12,602 nt of DNA from Octopus sinensis (lineage: Eukaryota), in NCBI RefSeq assembly GCF_006345805.1, contig NW_021826508.1, forward strand, positions 1 to 12,602, written 5' to 3'. Below are positions 1 to 9,094 of this stretch, in pieces; the stretch's first letter is position 1, and the number at the start of each line of letters is the position of its first letter. Below the pieces are notes generated by a model that saw only the letters and a list, made by a program, of their open reading frames with translations, made no database searches and was not told the DNA's origin. Position numbers and translations under genes: made by a program.

Positions 1-100
1 AGGCCCAATTTAAGACCAATAGGGGCCCTAAGCACTGAAAATATTTTGGTGTCCCCATATATATGTAATTCAAGATATAAACACTAAAAACCATAAAAAT

Positions 101-471
101 TGACTGCGGCCATGCTGGAGCACCGCCTTTGGTCGAGCAAACCGACCCCAGGACCTAATCTTTGTAAGCCTAGAACTTATTATATTGGTCCCTTTTGCCA
201 AACTGCTAAGTTACAGGGACGTAAACACACCAACATCGGTTGTCAAGCAATACTAGGAGGACAAACACAGACACACAAACACACACACATATATACACAT
301 ATACATATATACGACAGGTTTCTTATAGTTTCCGTCTACCAAATCCACTCACAAGGCTTTGGTCGGCCTGAGGCTATAGTAGAAAACACTTGCCCATGGT
401 GCCATGCAGTGGGACTGAACCCGAAACCATGTGGTTGGTAAACAAGCTACTTACCACACAGCCACTCCTGC
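101..471 (-). mobile_element. tRNA-derived SINE, family 1, near full length
   Basis: On the minus strand there is an A-box-like TGGCTGTGTGG (454-464) and a B-box-like GGTTCAGTCCC (411-421). These are followed by CCATGGGCAAGTG, a central (TA/TG) microsatellite and a 3' body ending GCTCCAGCATGGCCGCAGTCA. Homologous blocks recur at about 1490, 5254, 6661 and 7031. Confidence 0.85.
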
Positions 472-489
472 ATATATATATATATATAT

Positions 490-577
490 ACATATATACG
501 ACGGGCTTCTTTCAGTTTCTGTCTACCAAATCCACTCACAAGGCTTTGGTCGGCCTGAGGCTATAGTAGAAGACTTG
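490..577 (-). mobile_element. SINE family 1 internal fragment
   Basis: GACGGGCTTCTTTCAGTTTCTGTCTACCAAATCCACTCACAAGGCTTTGGTCGGCCTGAGGCTATAGTAGAAGAC matches about 311-390 of the preceding copy. Confidence 0.8.
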
Positions 578-603
578 TGTGTGTGTATGTGTGTGTGTGT
601 GAT

Positions 604-750
604 GGTGGAGGCATGTAGCTTAGTGGTTCAGGTGTTGGACCATGATTGTAATATTGTGGTTTCGATCTCCGGACCAGGCAATGCAGTGTATTCTTGAGCA
701 AGACACTTCATTTTCATGTTACTCCAGTCCACTCAGCTGTAGAAATGAGA
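604..750 (+). mobile_element. tRNA-derived SINE, family 2, head plus conserved core (degenerate)
   Basis: A-box-like TAGCTTAGTGG (616-626) and B-box-like GGTTTCGATCTCC (658-670), then TCTTGAGCAAGACACTT...CTCCAGTCCACTCAGCTGTAGAAATGAG, which resembles conserved SINE central domains. The head is repeated at 759-840. Confidence 0.7.
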
Positions 751-758
751 ACCATTAT

Positions 759-876
759 TGGAGACACATGGCTTAGAGGTTAGGGTGTTGGATTTACAAT
801 TATAAGATTCTGGTTTCAATCCCTGGACCAGGCAATGCATAAGGTCTAGTTACCTTATAGAGGTGTTCCTCCTTGG

Positions 877-922
<46 letters not shown>

Positions 923-1410
923 GTAGGTTGAAGGAGATTTGGCTGCTATTTCTACCAGGTCTAGCTTCCACATAGAGTTCTCCCTCATTGGTTCATATAT
1001 ACATATAGACATAGATAAGACAGCTGGGTGTGATTTGAAGGAAATTTGGCTGCTATTTCTTGCAGGTCTAGCAACCATGTACAGGTCAATCTGCTACAGT
1101 CCACTCAGCGGAAGAAATGAATTTAGCCTGGACAGGAATGGACCCTGCCAGGCGTTTTCGCCTTAGATACACTACATGGCTGCAGCTCCCCAATGACCCT
1201 CAAGGGTGAAGGGACTTGTCAATTGTGTGTATGACTGTGCGTCTCCTTGTCTTGACATCACATGATGGTTGTAAACAAGCATCACTTTCATCCAAGCGGT
1301 GTTGTTTGTTTGTAGTGTTCAATGTAAAACATCTGGCCATGGGAAAGTACGACTTTCCTTGCAGGAAAAAAGTGTGGATTTGTGTCAGGAGGGGCAGCCA
1401 CTTATAGGAT
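759..1410 (+). mobile_element. SINE family 2, second copy, interrupted at about 841-1086 by minisatellite-derived sequence
   Basis: The head GGAGACACATGGCTTAGAGG...GGTTTCAATCCCTGGACCAGGCAATGCA parallels 607-684. The core resumes as CAGTCCACTCAGCGGAAGAAATGA at about 1097-1120. Assigning about 1190-1410 to the 3' body rests only on my recollection of similar repeats, so the right boundary is uncertain. Confidence 0.5.
841..1086. repeat. Displaced partial copy of the 99-bp minisatellite, including a (CA)n tract
   Basis: Near-identical to about 1947-2180, starting AAGGTCTAGTTACCTTATAGAGGTGTTCCTCCTTGGCTCTT(AC)n. The core ATTTGGCTGCTATTTCT occurs at 937 and 1044, the same 107-bp spacing as 2027 and 2134. 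Confidence 0.9.
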
Positions 1411-1480
1411 GTCTACCTTAATAAATTCTAATTGACTCATTTTGTCCGATGACTCAACTAGTTCCAAGGTAATTCTTTTT

Positions 1481-1734
1481 CTTTTCCTTGTTTGAGTCAT
1501 TTGACAGTGGCCATGCTGGAGCACCGCCTTTAGTCAAATGGTCGATCCCAGGACCTATTCTTTGTAAGCCTAGTACTTTTGCCAAACCGGTAAGTTATGG
1601 GGATGTAAACACACCAACATCAGCTGTCAAGCAATGTTGGTAGGACAAACACACACACCACACACACACACACACAAATATACATACGATGGGCTTCTTT
1701 CAGTTTCTGTCTACCAAATCCACTCACAAGGCTT
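1481..1734 (-). mobile_element. SINE family 1, 5'-truncated, with a small internal deletion
   Basis: CATTTGACAGTGGCCATGCTGGAGCACCGCCTTT...CTACCAAATCCACTCACAAGGCTT aligns to the other copies. TACTTATTCTATCGGTCTCTTTTGCC is collapsed to TACTTTTGCC. Confidence 0.8.
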
Positions 1735-1744
1735 ATAATATAGA

Positions 1745-1893
1745 ACAACAACAGCAACAACAACAACAATGATCCTTTCTACAAAAGGTACAAGGCCTGA
1801 AATTTTGGCAGAGGGGACTAGTTGATTATATCGACCCCAGTGTTTCACTGGTACTTAATTTATCAACTCCAAAAAGATGAAAGGCAAAGTTGA
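1745..1893 (-). mobile_element. 3' half of a SINE related to family 3, with a (TTG)n tail
   Basis: The reverse complement reads TCAACTTTGCCTTTCATCTTTTTGGAGTTGATAAATTAAGTACCAG...GGGGTCGAT, matching the core of 8608-8840. It has a different 3' end (CAGGCCTTGTACC...GAAAGGATC), then a TTG repeat. Confidence 0.7.
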
Positions 1894-1895
1894 TA

Positions 1896-2888
1896 TATAT
1901 AAGACAGTAGGGTGTGATTTGAAGGCGATTTGGCTTCTATTTCTGCAAGGTCTAGTTACCTTATAGAGGTGTTCCTCCTTGGCTCTTACACACACACACA
2001 CACACATATATAGTAGGTTGAAGGAGATTTGGCTGCTATTTCTACCAGGTCTAGCGTCCACATAGAGTTCTCCCTCATTGGTTCATATATACATATATAC
2101 ATAGATAAGACAGCTGGGTCTGATTTGATGGAGATTTGGCTGCTATTTCTACCAGATCTAGCTACCATCTACAGGTCTCCCTCATTGGCTCATACGTACA
2201 TAGATAAGACAGTAGGGTCTGATTTGAGGGAGATTTGGCTGCTATTTCTACCAGACCTAGCTATCATCTACAGGTCTCCCTCATTGGTTCATACGTACAT
2301 AGATAAGACAGTAGGGTCTGATTTGAGGGAGATTTGGCTGCTATTTCTACCAGACCTAGCTACCATCTACAGGTCTCCCTCATTGGCTCACACTACATGG
2401 ATAAGACAGTAGAGTCTGGAAGATTTGGCTGCTATTTCTAGCAGGCCTAGCAATCATCTACAGGTCTCCCTCATTGGTTCATATACACATAGATAAGATA
2501 GTAGGGTCTGATTTGAGGGAAATTTGGCTGCTATTTCTACCAGATCTAGCTACCGTGTAGAGGTCTCCCTCATGGGCCCATACATACATAGATAAGACAG
2601 TAAGGTCTGATTTGGGGGAGATTTGGCTGCTATTTCGACCAGATCTAGCAACCGTTTAGAGGTTCCCTCATTAGCTCATACATAAATAGATAAGACAGTA
2701 GGGTCCGATTTGAGAGAGTTTGGCTGCTATTTCTAGCAGGCCTAGCTACCGTGTAGAGGTCTCCCTCATTGGCTTATACATACATAGATAAGAAAGTAGG
2801 GTCTGATTTGAGGGAGATTTGGCTGCTATTTCTACCAGATCTAGCTACCATCTACAGGTCTCCCTCATTGGCTCACATATACATACAT
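1896..2888. repeat. 99-bp minisatellite, about 10 units
   Basis: The core (A/G)TTTGGCT(G/T)CTATTTC occurs at 1928, 2027, 2134, 2233, 2332, 2423, 2522, 2621, 2718 and 2817 (spacings 99, 107, 99, 99, 91, 99, 99, 97, 99). Confidence 0.95.
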
Positions 2889-3138
2889 TAAACAGTAGTC
2901 CATTGAGATATTTTCAAGAGGTCTCCCTCCTCAACGCGCTTAGCATGTGTGTGTCCGTGTGTCCCCATTTGTTCGCTCATGTGTCTGTGTGCGTGTGTGT
3001 GTGTCTGTATGTGTGTGTGTGTCGACGTTAACTTTGCACGTGTACAAATGGTACCGGTTTCGCACCCCTCTAGGGGGTTCGTTTTTTTTTTTTATAAATT
3101 CCCTCGTCAGGGTATCGGGTGTCAGAAGGGGACTGTTT

Positions 3139-3625
3139 GGTGGTGGCGGTGGCGTATCGGGGTATTTATAATTGATGCCCCTTGATTTTGGTGACCGCCG
3201 ATGATGCCGGCGGCGGCGGTGGCGATGGTGGTGGTGGTGGTGGTGGTGGTAGTGGCGATGGTGGTGGTGGTGGTGGTGATGGTGGTGATGCTGCTGCTAG
3301 TAAGAAGGTGGTTGTGGCGGTGGTGATTGCGGTATTTGGTGGGGGGGATGGGTATGATGGCGTCGGGGGTTGAAGGTGATGACCGTGATAATCATGGTGG
3401 TGGTGGTGGTGGTGATGCCCATGACGACGATGATGATGATGACGGTGATGGTGATGTTAACGATGATGACGATGTTGACGATGATGATGATGATGATGAT
3501 GACGATGACGGTGATGACGATGATGATGATGATGATGATGACGATGACGATGATGATGATGATGATGATGATAGTGATGATGATGATGATGATGATGACG
3601 ATGACGATGATGATGATGATGATGA

Positions 3626-3664
<39 letters not shown>

Positions 3665-3787
3665 TGATGATGATGACAACGGTGATTATCGTTGTTGACT
3701 TCTGTGATGATGATGATGATGATGGATGATGGCCTGGTGTTGGTAGCTAGGTAGTGGTGGTAGTGGTGGTGGTGATGGTGATGGTGG
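3139..3787. repeat. Compound trinucleotide microsatellite (GGT/GGC)n-(GAT/GAC)n-(GGT)n
   Basis: Directly visible, with the (GAT/GAC)n block at about 3421-3727. It produces the poly-Gly, poly-Asp, poly-Met and poly-Ser ORFs. Confidence 0.95.
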
Positions 3788-3896
3788 ACAGGCGGATTAA
3801 GGCAAAAGGGGGGGGGGTCGGAGTGGGGATGGGCAGAGGAAGCAGGGTAGGGAGCGAACAGGAAGATTAATATCTGTTACCCAAATTAAATGACCC

Positions 3897-3899
<3 letters not shown>

Positions 3900-3931
<32 letters not shown>
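3900..3931. repeat. (TA)n microsatellite
   Basis: Perfect TA run. Confidence 0.95.
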
Positions 3932-3933
<2 letters not shown>

Positions 3934-4084
3934 TCCATCCCCGTCCATCACCACCAACATCTCCCTTTCCATCTTGATGGGGCCTCATCTCTCTCCTCCT
4001 TTTTGTGATATGCTGTATGTGTATGTGTGTGTATGTGTGTGTGTTTATATGTTTGTGCACGTGTGTGTAAGATGTCAACACATA

Positions 4085-4708
4085 TACACATCCCCCTCCA
4101 CACACACGCACATATATACATACATACATGCATACATACATACACACATACATACATACACACATACATACATACATACGTATATACATACATACATACA
4201 TATATACATACATACATACATACATACATACATACATACACACATACATACATACACACATACATACATACATACATACATACCTACATACATACATACA
4301 TACATAAATGCATACATACATACATGCATACATACATACATACACTAATGCATACATACATACATGCATGCATACGTACATACATACATATATAACATAC
4401 ATATACATACATACATACATACACACATACACACATTACATACATACATACATACATACATACCTACATACATACATACATACACACATACATACATACA
4501 TACATACATACATACATACAGACACAATACATACATACATAATACATACATACTTACAACATACATACATACATACATACATACATACACAATACATACA
4601 TACATACATACATACACACATACACATACATACATACATACATACTACATACACACATACATACATACATACATACAACATAACTTACATACATACATAC
4701 ATACATAC

Positions 4709-4739
<31 letters not shown>

Positions 4740-5057
4740 CATACATACATAAAACATACATGCATATATACACACATACATACATACATACATACATACA
4801 TACATACACACATACATACATACATACATACACACATACATACATACATACGTATATACATACATACATACATATATACATACATACATATGTACATACA
4901 TGCATACATACACACATACATACATACATACGTATATACATACATACATACATATATACATACATACATATGTACATACATGCATACATACACACATACA
5001 TACACAGATACATATATACATACATACATACACATACACATACATACATACACACCT
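4085..5057. repeat. Long (TACA)n/(CA)n microsatellite
   Basis: About 970 bp of imperfect ACAT repeats, the source of the HTYI/MYVC ORFs. Confidence 0.97.
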
Positions 5058-5253
5058 ACAGATGTGTTTGCTCTTTGCTCTCATGATAGGTTTCTGGTGT
5101 CCTTCCTGAAAATTTATAGATCCCTATCTATGTGCCTGACTGTCTTTGAACCCCTTTTTCTAGCACTATCTTTCTGATTTGTATGAATGTATGTATGTAT
5201 TAATATAAATAATATATAAATATTAATATATAAATATATGCATATATATTTAT

Positions 5254-5634
5254 CTTGTTTACCAACCACATGGTTCCGGGTTCAGACCCAATGCGTGGCA
5301 CCTTGGGCAAGTGTCTTCTACTCTAGCCTCAGGCCGACCAAAGCCTTGTGAGTGGATTTGGTAGACGGAAACTGAAAGAAGCCTGTCGTATATATGTATA
5401 TATATATGTAGTGGTGTAGTTTGTGTGTCTGTGTTTGTCCCCTAGCATTGCTTGACAACCGATGCTGGTGTGTTTAGTCCCCGTAACTTAGCGGTTCGTC
5501 AAAAGAGAGCGATAGAATAAGTACTAGGCTTACAAAGAATAAGTCCCGGGGTCGATTTGCTCAACTAAAGGCGGTGCTCCAGCATGGCCGCAGTCAAATG
5601 ACTGAAACAAGTAAAAGAGTAAAAGAGTAAAGAG
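5254..5634 (+). mobile_element. SINE family 1, lacking the extreme 5' end (A box), with a (TAAAAGAG)n tail
   Basis: CCAACCACATGGTTCCGGGTTCAGACCC (B box), CCTTGGGCAAGTGTCTT and GGTAGACGGAAACTGAAAGAAGCC, ending GCTCCAGCATGGCCGCAGTCAAATGACTGAAACAAGTAAAAGAG. It is the reverse complement of the other family 1 copies. Confidence 0.88.
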
Positions 5635-5672
5635 TATATATATATATATATATATATATAAATATATATATA
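5635..5672. repeat. (TA)n microsatellite
   Basis: TA run directly after the SINE tail. Confidence 0.9.
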
Positions 5673-5902
5673 TCCACCCTAATTTGAGGGAATTTTTGCT
5701 GCTGTCTACCCAACACCCACGCAGGGGCTCCCTCATTCCACTGTTAGTCACCCCATTATAGTATTTTATGGTGCTTGCTTCCCTGCTTTTTGGTATTTTG
5801 AAGAATCACTGAACCGTGTCTAACACCTGCTCCAAGACTGGAATGTGGGGCCCCAAATAGAGCAATTCTTTCTCACACAAACAACAACTGGGGAAGCAAT
5901 TG

Positions 5903-6258
5903 ATGTGTGTGTGTGTTTGGTGTGTGTGTGTGTGTGTGGTGTGTGTGTGTGTGTTTGTGTGTGGGTGGTGTGGTATGTGTGTGTTTGTGTGTTGTGTGTG
6001 GTATTGTGTGTGTGTATGTGTGTGTATGTATGTATGGGTGTATGTATGTATGTGTGTGTTTGTGTGTATGTTGTGTGTTGTGTGTGTGTGTGTGTTGTGT
6101 GTGTGTGTGTGTGTTTGTGGTGTGTGTGTGGTTGTGTTGTGCATGTGTGTTGTGTTTGTGTGTGTGTATGTGTGTGTGTATGTATGTATGTGTGTATGTA
6201 TGTATGTATGTATGTATGTATGTATGTATGTGTGTGTGTTTGTGTATGTGGTGGTTTG

Positions 6259-6293
<35 letters not shown>

Positions 6294-6446
6294 GTTTGTG
6301 TGTGTGGTATGTGTGTTTGTGCATGTGTGTGTGTGTTTGTGTGTATGTATGTGTGTGTGTATGTCTGTGTGTGTGTATGTATGTATGTATGTATGTATGT
6401 ATGTATGTGTGGTTGTGTGTGTGTGTGTGTGTGTGTGTTGTGTGTG

Positions 6447-6487
<41 letters not shown>

Positions 6488-6526
6488 TTGTATGTGTGTA
6501 TGTGTGTGTATGTGTGTGTGTGTGTA
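5903..6526. repeat. Long (TG)n/(TATG)n microsatellite
   Basis: About 620 bp of imperfect TG and TATG repeats. Confidence 0.97.
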
Positions 6527-6535
6527 TCTATAATG

Positions 6536-6645
6536 GAGAGAGAAAGAGAGAGAGAGAAAGAGAGAGAGAGACAGAGAAAAAGAGAGAGAGACAGAAAGAG
6601 AGAAAGAGAGAGAGACAGAAAGAGAGAGAGAGAAAGAGAGAGAGA
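6536..6645. repeat. (GA)n-type polypurine microsatellite
   Basis: Imperfect GAGA/GAAA/GACA run. Confidence 0.93.
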
Positions 6646-6660
6646 ATGAGTGTATGTATT

Positions 6661-7013
6661 TCTCTTTCTCTTTTTTCTCTTTTTACTTGTTTCAGTCATT
6701 TGACTGTGGCCATGCTGGAGCACCGCCTTTAATTGAGCAACTCAACCCCGGGACTTATTCTTTATAAGCCCAATACTTATTCTATCAGTCTCTTTTGCTG
6801 AACTGCTAGGTTACGGGGACGTAAACACACCAGCATCGGTTGTCAAGCGATGTTGGGGGGGGGGACAACACAGACACACAAACACACACACACATATATA
6901 TATACATATATACGACGGGCTTCTTTCAGTTTCCGTCTACCAAATCCACTCACAAGGCTTTGGTCGGCCTGAGGCTATAGTAGGAGACACTTGCCCAAGA
7001 TGCCATGCAGTGG
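6661..7013 (-). mobile_element. SINE family 1, lacking most of the tRNA head, with tail
   Basis: Runs from the TCTC/TTTT tail and TTACTTGTTTCAGTCATTTGACTGTGGCCATGCTGGAGC to CCCAAGATGCCATGCAGTGG, stopping just before the B box. Confidence 0.88.
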
Positions 7014-7030
7014 CACCTCCTACTCACGGG

Positions 7031-7347
7031 TAGTACTTATTCTATCGGTCTCTTTTGCCGAACCGCTAAGTGACGGGGACGTAAACACACCAGCATCAGT
7101 TGTCAAGCAATGCTAGAGGGACAAACACAGACACACAAACACACACATACATACATATTTATATATATATATATACAGATATACGACAGGCTTCTTTCAG
7201 TTTCCGTCTACCAAATCCACTCACAAGGCATTGGTCGGCCCGAAGCTATAGCAGAAGACACTTGCCCAAGATGCCACGCAGTGGGACTGAACCCAGAACC
7301 ATGTGGTTGGTTAGCAAGCTACTTACCACACAGCCACTCCTGCGCCT
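7031..7347 (-). mobile_element. SINE family 1 with intact tRNA head, lacking the 3' part
   Basis: The minus strand starts AGGCGCAGGAGTGGCTGTGTGGTAAG (A box) and has GGTTCAGTCCC (B box). Homology ends at GAATAAGTACTA (7031). Confidence 0.88.
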
Positions 7348-7391
7348 AATTAATTACATAATTAATTACAAAAAATGTAAATAAATAAAGA

Positions 7392-8157
7392 TTTCATTTG
7401 ACATAGTAATCTGAATGCTGAGGTTTCAAACCAACCATAATTGGTCCAAATATTGTTTTATGTTTGACCCGGTCAGATCCAGCCTCTCACACCTACCTGA
7501 CAATGTCATTCCAATCATAAAGAATCACATCATTGAAATCTCAAAACTATGAGATAATCCATGATTAATCCAAAACAATGTGGATAAATAAGTATTCCAT
7601 TTGACAGAATAATCTGCGTGCTAAAGGACTAAACTGGCCATATCTGACCTCTCACACCTACTCTGCAATGTCATTCTAAAAATAAAGAATCACATCATTG
7701 AAATCTCAAAGCTATGAGATAATCCATGATTAATCCAAACCAATGTGGATAAATAAGGATTCCATTTGACAATAATCTGAATGCTAAAGGATTAAACTGG
7801 CCATATCTGACCTCTCACACCTACTCTGCAATGTCATTCTAAAAATAAAGAATCACATCATTGAAATCTCAAAGCTACGAGATAATCCATGATTAATCCA
7901 AAACAATGTGGATAAATAAGGATTCCATTTGACAATAATCTGCGTGCTAAGGGGTTTAACTAGCCAAATCCAGCGCAAATATTCTTGTTTTATGTTCAAA
8001 CCAGCCAGATAAGTATTACATTTGAGAAAGCCATATTAGGCCCAAATATTCTGTTTTATATTCAAACCAGTCAGATCCAGCCTCTCACACCTTCCCTACA
8101 ATATCATTCCAGTCATAAACAATCACATCATTGAAATCTCAAAGGTATGAGATAATC
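7392..8157. repeat. AT-rich tandem repeat family, about 163-270 bp units (host repeat)
   Basis: CTCTCACACC anchors at 7484, 7649, 7812 and 8082. Each is followed by CAAT(G/A)TCATTC...AATCACATCATTGAAATCTCAAA..TA(T/C)GAGATAATC. Confidence 0.9.
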
Positions 8158-8938
8158 ACCATCATTATCATCGTTTAACGTCCGTTCTCTGTGCTAGCAT
8201 GGGTTGGATGGTTCGACCGGGGTCTGGGAAGCCAGAAGGCTGCACCAGGCTCCAGTCTCATCTGGCAATGTTTCTACAGCTGGATGCCCTTCCTAACGCC
8301 AACCACTCCGTGAGTGTAGTGGGTGCTTTTTATGTGCCACCGGCACAGGGGCCAGAAGAGGCTGGCAAACAGCCATGATCGGCTGGTGCTTTTTACATGT
8401 CACCAACGCGGATGTCAGTCAGGTGGCGCTGGCATCAGCCACGTTCGGATGGTACTTTTTATGTGCCACCGGCACGGAAGCCAGTCTAGGGTGTCACGCT
8501 GGGTTTTGGTAGTGTTTAGGTGACTCTCCTGCATCTAATCACTGTCCTGTTCACCTGCTGTTGTCAAAGAGTATCCATTTCTCATCACAAGTAATGATTC
8601 AATGCAAGGCGGCAAGCTGGCAGAAATGTTAGCACGCCGGGCGAAATGCTGAGCGGTATTTCGTCAGCGGCTACGTTCTGAGTTCAAATTCTGCCGAGGT
8701 CGACTTTGCCTTTCATCCTTTCGGGGTCGATAAATTAAGTACCAGTTACGCACTGGTGTCGATGTAATCGACTTAATACCTATGTCTGTCCTTGTTTGTC
8801 CCCCTCTGTGTTTAGCCCCTTGTGGGTAATAAAGAAATAGGTACTTTTTATGTGTCACCGGCACGGGTATCTTAACTACAATTTCCATTTGATTTTTATT
8901 TTGATGTTGGTGTTAACATACTTGACTCAATAGGTCTT
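8158..8938 (-). mobile_element. (GAT)n-tailed retroposon (SINE-like or LINE-derived), minus strand, with internal 63-66 bp repeats, interrupted
   Basis: The minus strand ends CCCATGCTAGCACAGAGAACGGACGTTAAACGATGATAATGATG and contains GTTAGGAAGGGCATCCAGCTGTAGAAA. The motif GGT(G/A)CTTTTTA occurs at 8322, 8385, 8451 and 8840. Host repeat sequence lies on both sides. Confidence 0.6.
8608..8840 (+). mobile_element. tRNA-derived SINE, family 3, apparently full length
   Basis: 5' GGCGGCAAGCTGGCAGAA (A-box-like), GTTCAAATTC (8682-8691, B box), core GACTTTGCCTTTCATCCTTTCGGGGTCGATAAATTAAGTACCAG and an A-rich end AATAAAGAAATA. No clear target-site duplication. Confidence 0.8.
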
Positions 8939-8939
8939 G

Positions 8940-9094
8940 TTTAATTTAAATCATTGGGAAAAAATAAGGATCACATTTGACGGAACAATCTGAATGCTAA
9001 AGGTTTAATCTGGTCATGTCTGTTCCAAATATTCTGTTTAATTTTTGTTCAAAGAAGCCAGATCAGGCTTCTCACACCTAGCCTACAATATCTT
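8940..9094. repeat. Host tandem repeat, continuation up to the LINE insertion site
   Basis: AAATAAGGATCACATTTGAC...AATCTGAATGCTAAAGGTTTAA...CCAAATATTCTG...TTCTCACACCTAGCCTACAATATC matches the 7392-8157 units. Confidence 0.8.

Noticed and set aside
1-57. Possible DNA transposon terminus (AGGCCCAATTTAAGACCAATAGGGGCCCTAAGC)
   Set aside because: It is cut by the window edge and has no matching inverted end in the window, so it cannot be supported.
411-471. Functional tRNA genes at SINE heads (also 604-670, 7280-7347, 8608-8695)
   Set aside because: Only A/B-box-like motifs are present. I could not build a cloverleaf, and each continues into a SINE body.
100-697. Short ORFs at 100-441 and 431-697, and the similar ORFs at 7100-7384
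   Set aside because: They lie within SINE copies and recur wherever the SINE does.
800-2412. ORFs in the 99-bp repeat (MAAISTRSS..., MVARSGRNSS...)
   Set aside because: The 99-bp period keeps frames open by construction. Stops and indels differ among units and there is no domain similarity.
3182-3729. Poly-Gly, poly-Asp, poly-Met and poly-Ser ORFs as acidic or biomineralisation proteins
   Set aside because: Trinucleotide repeats leave several frames open on both strands, and there is no signal peptide, complex flanking coding sequence or clear splice support.
3797-6732. Long HTYI, MYVC and CVCV ORFs
   Set aside because: Translations of (TACA)n and (TG)n microsatellites, which lack stops in most frames.
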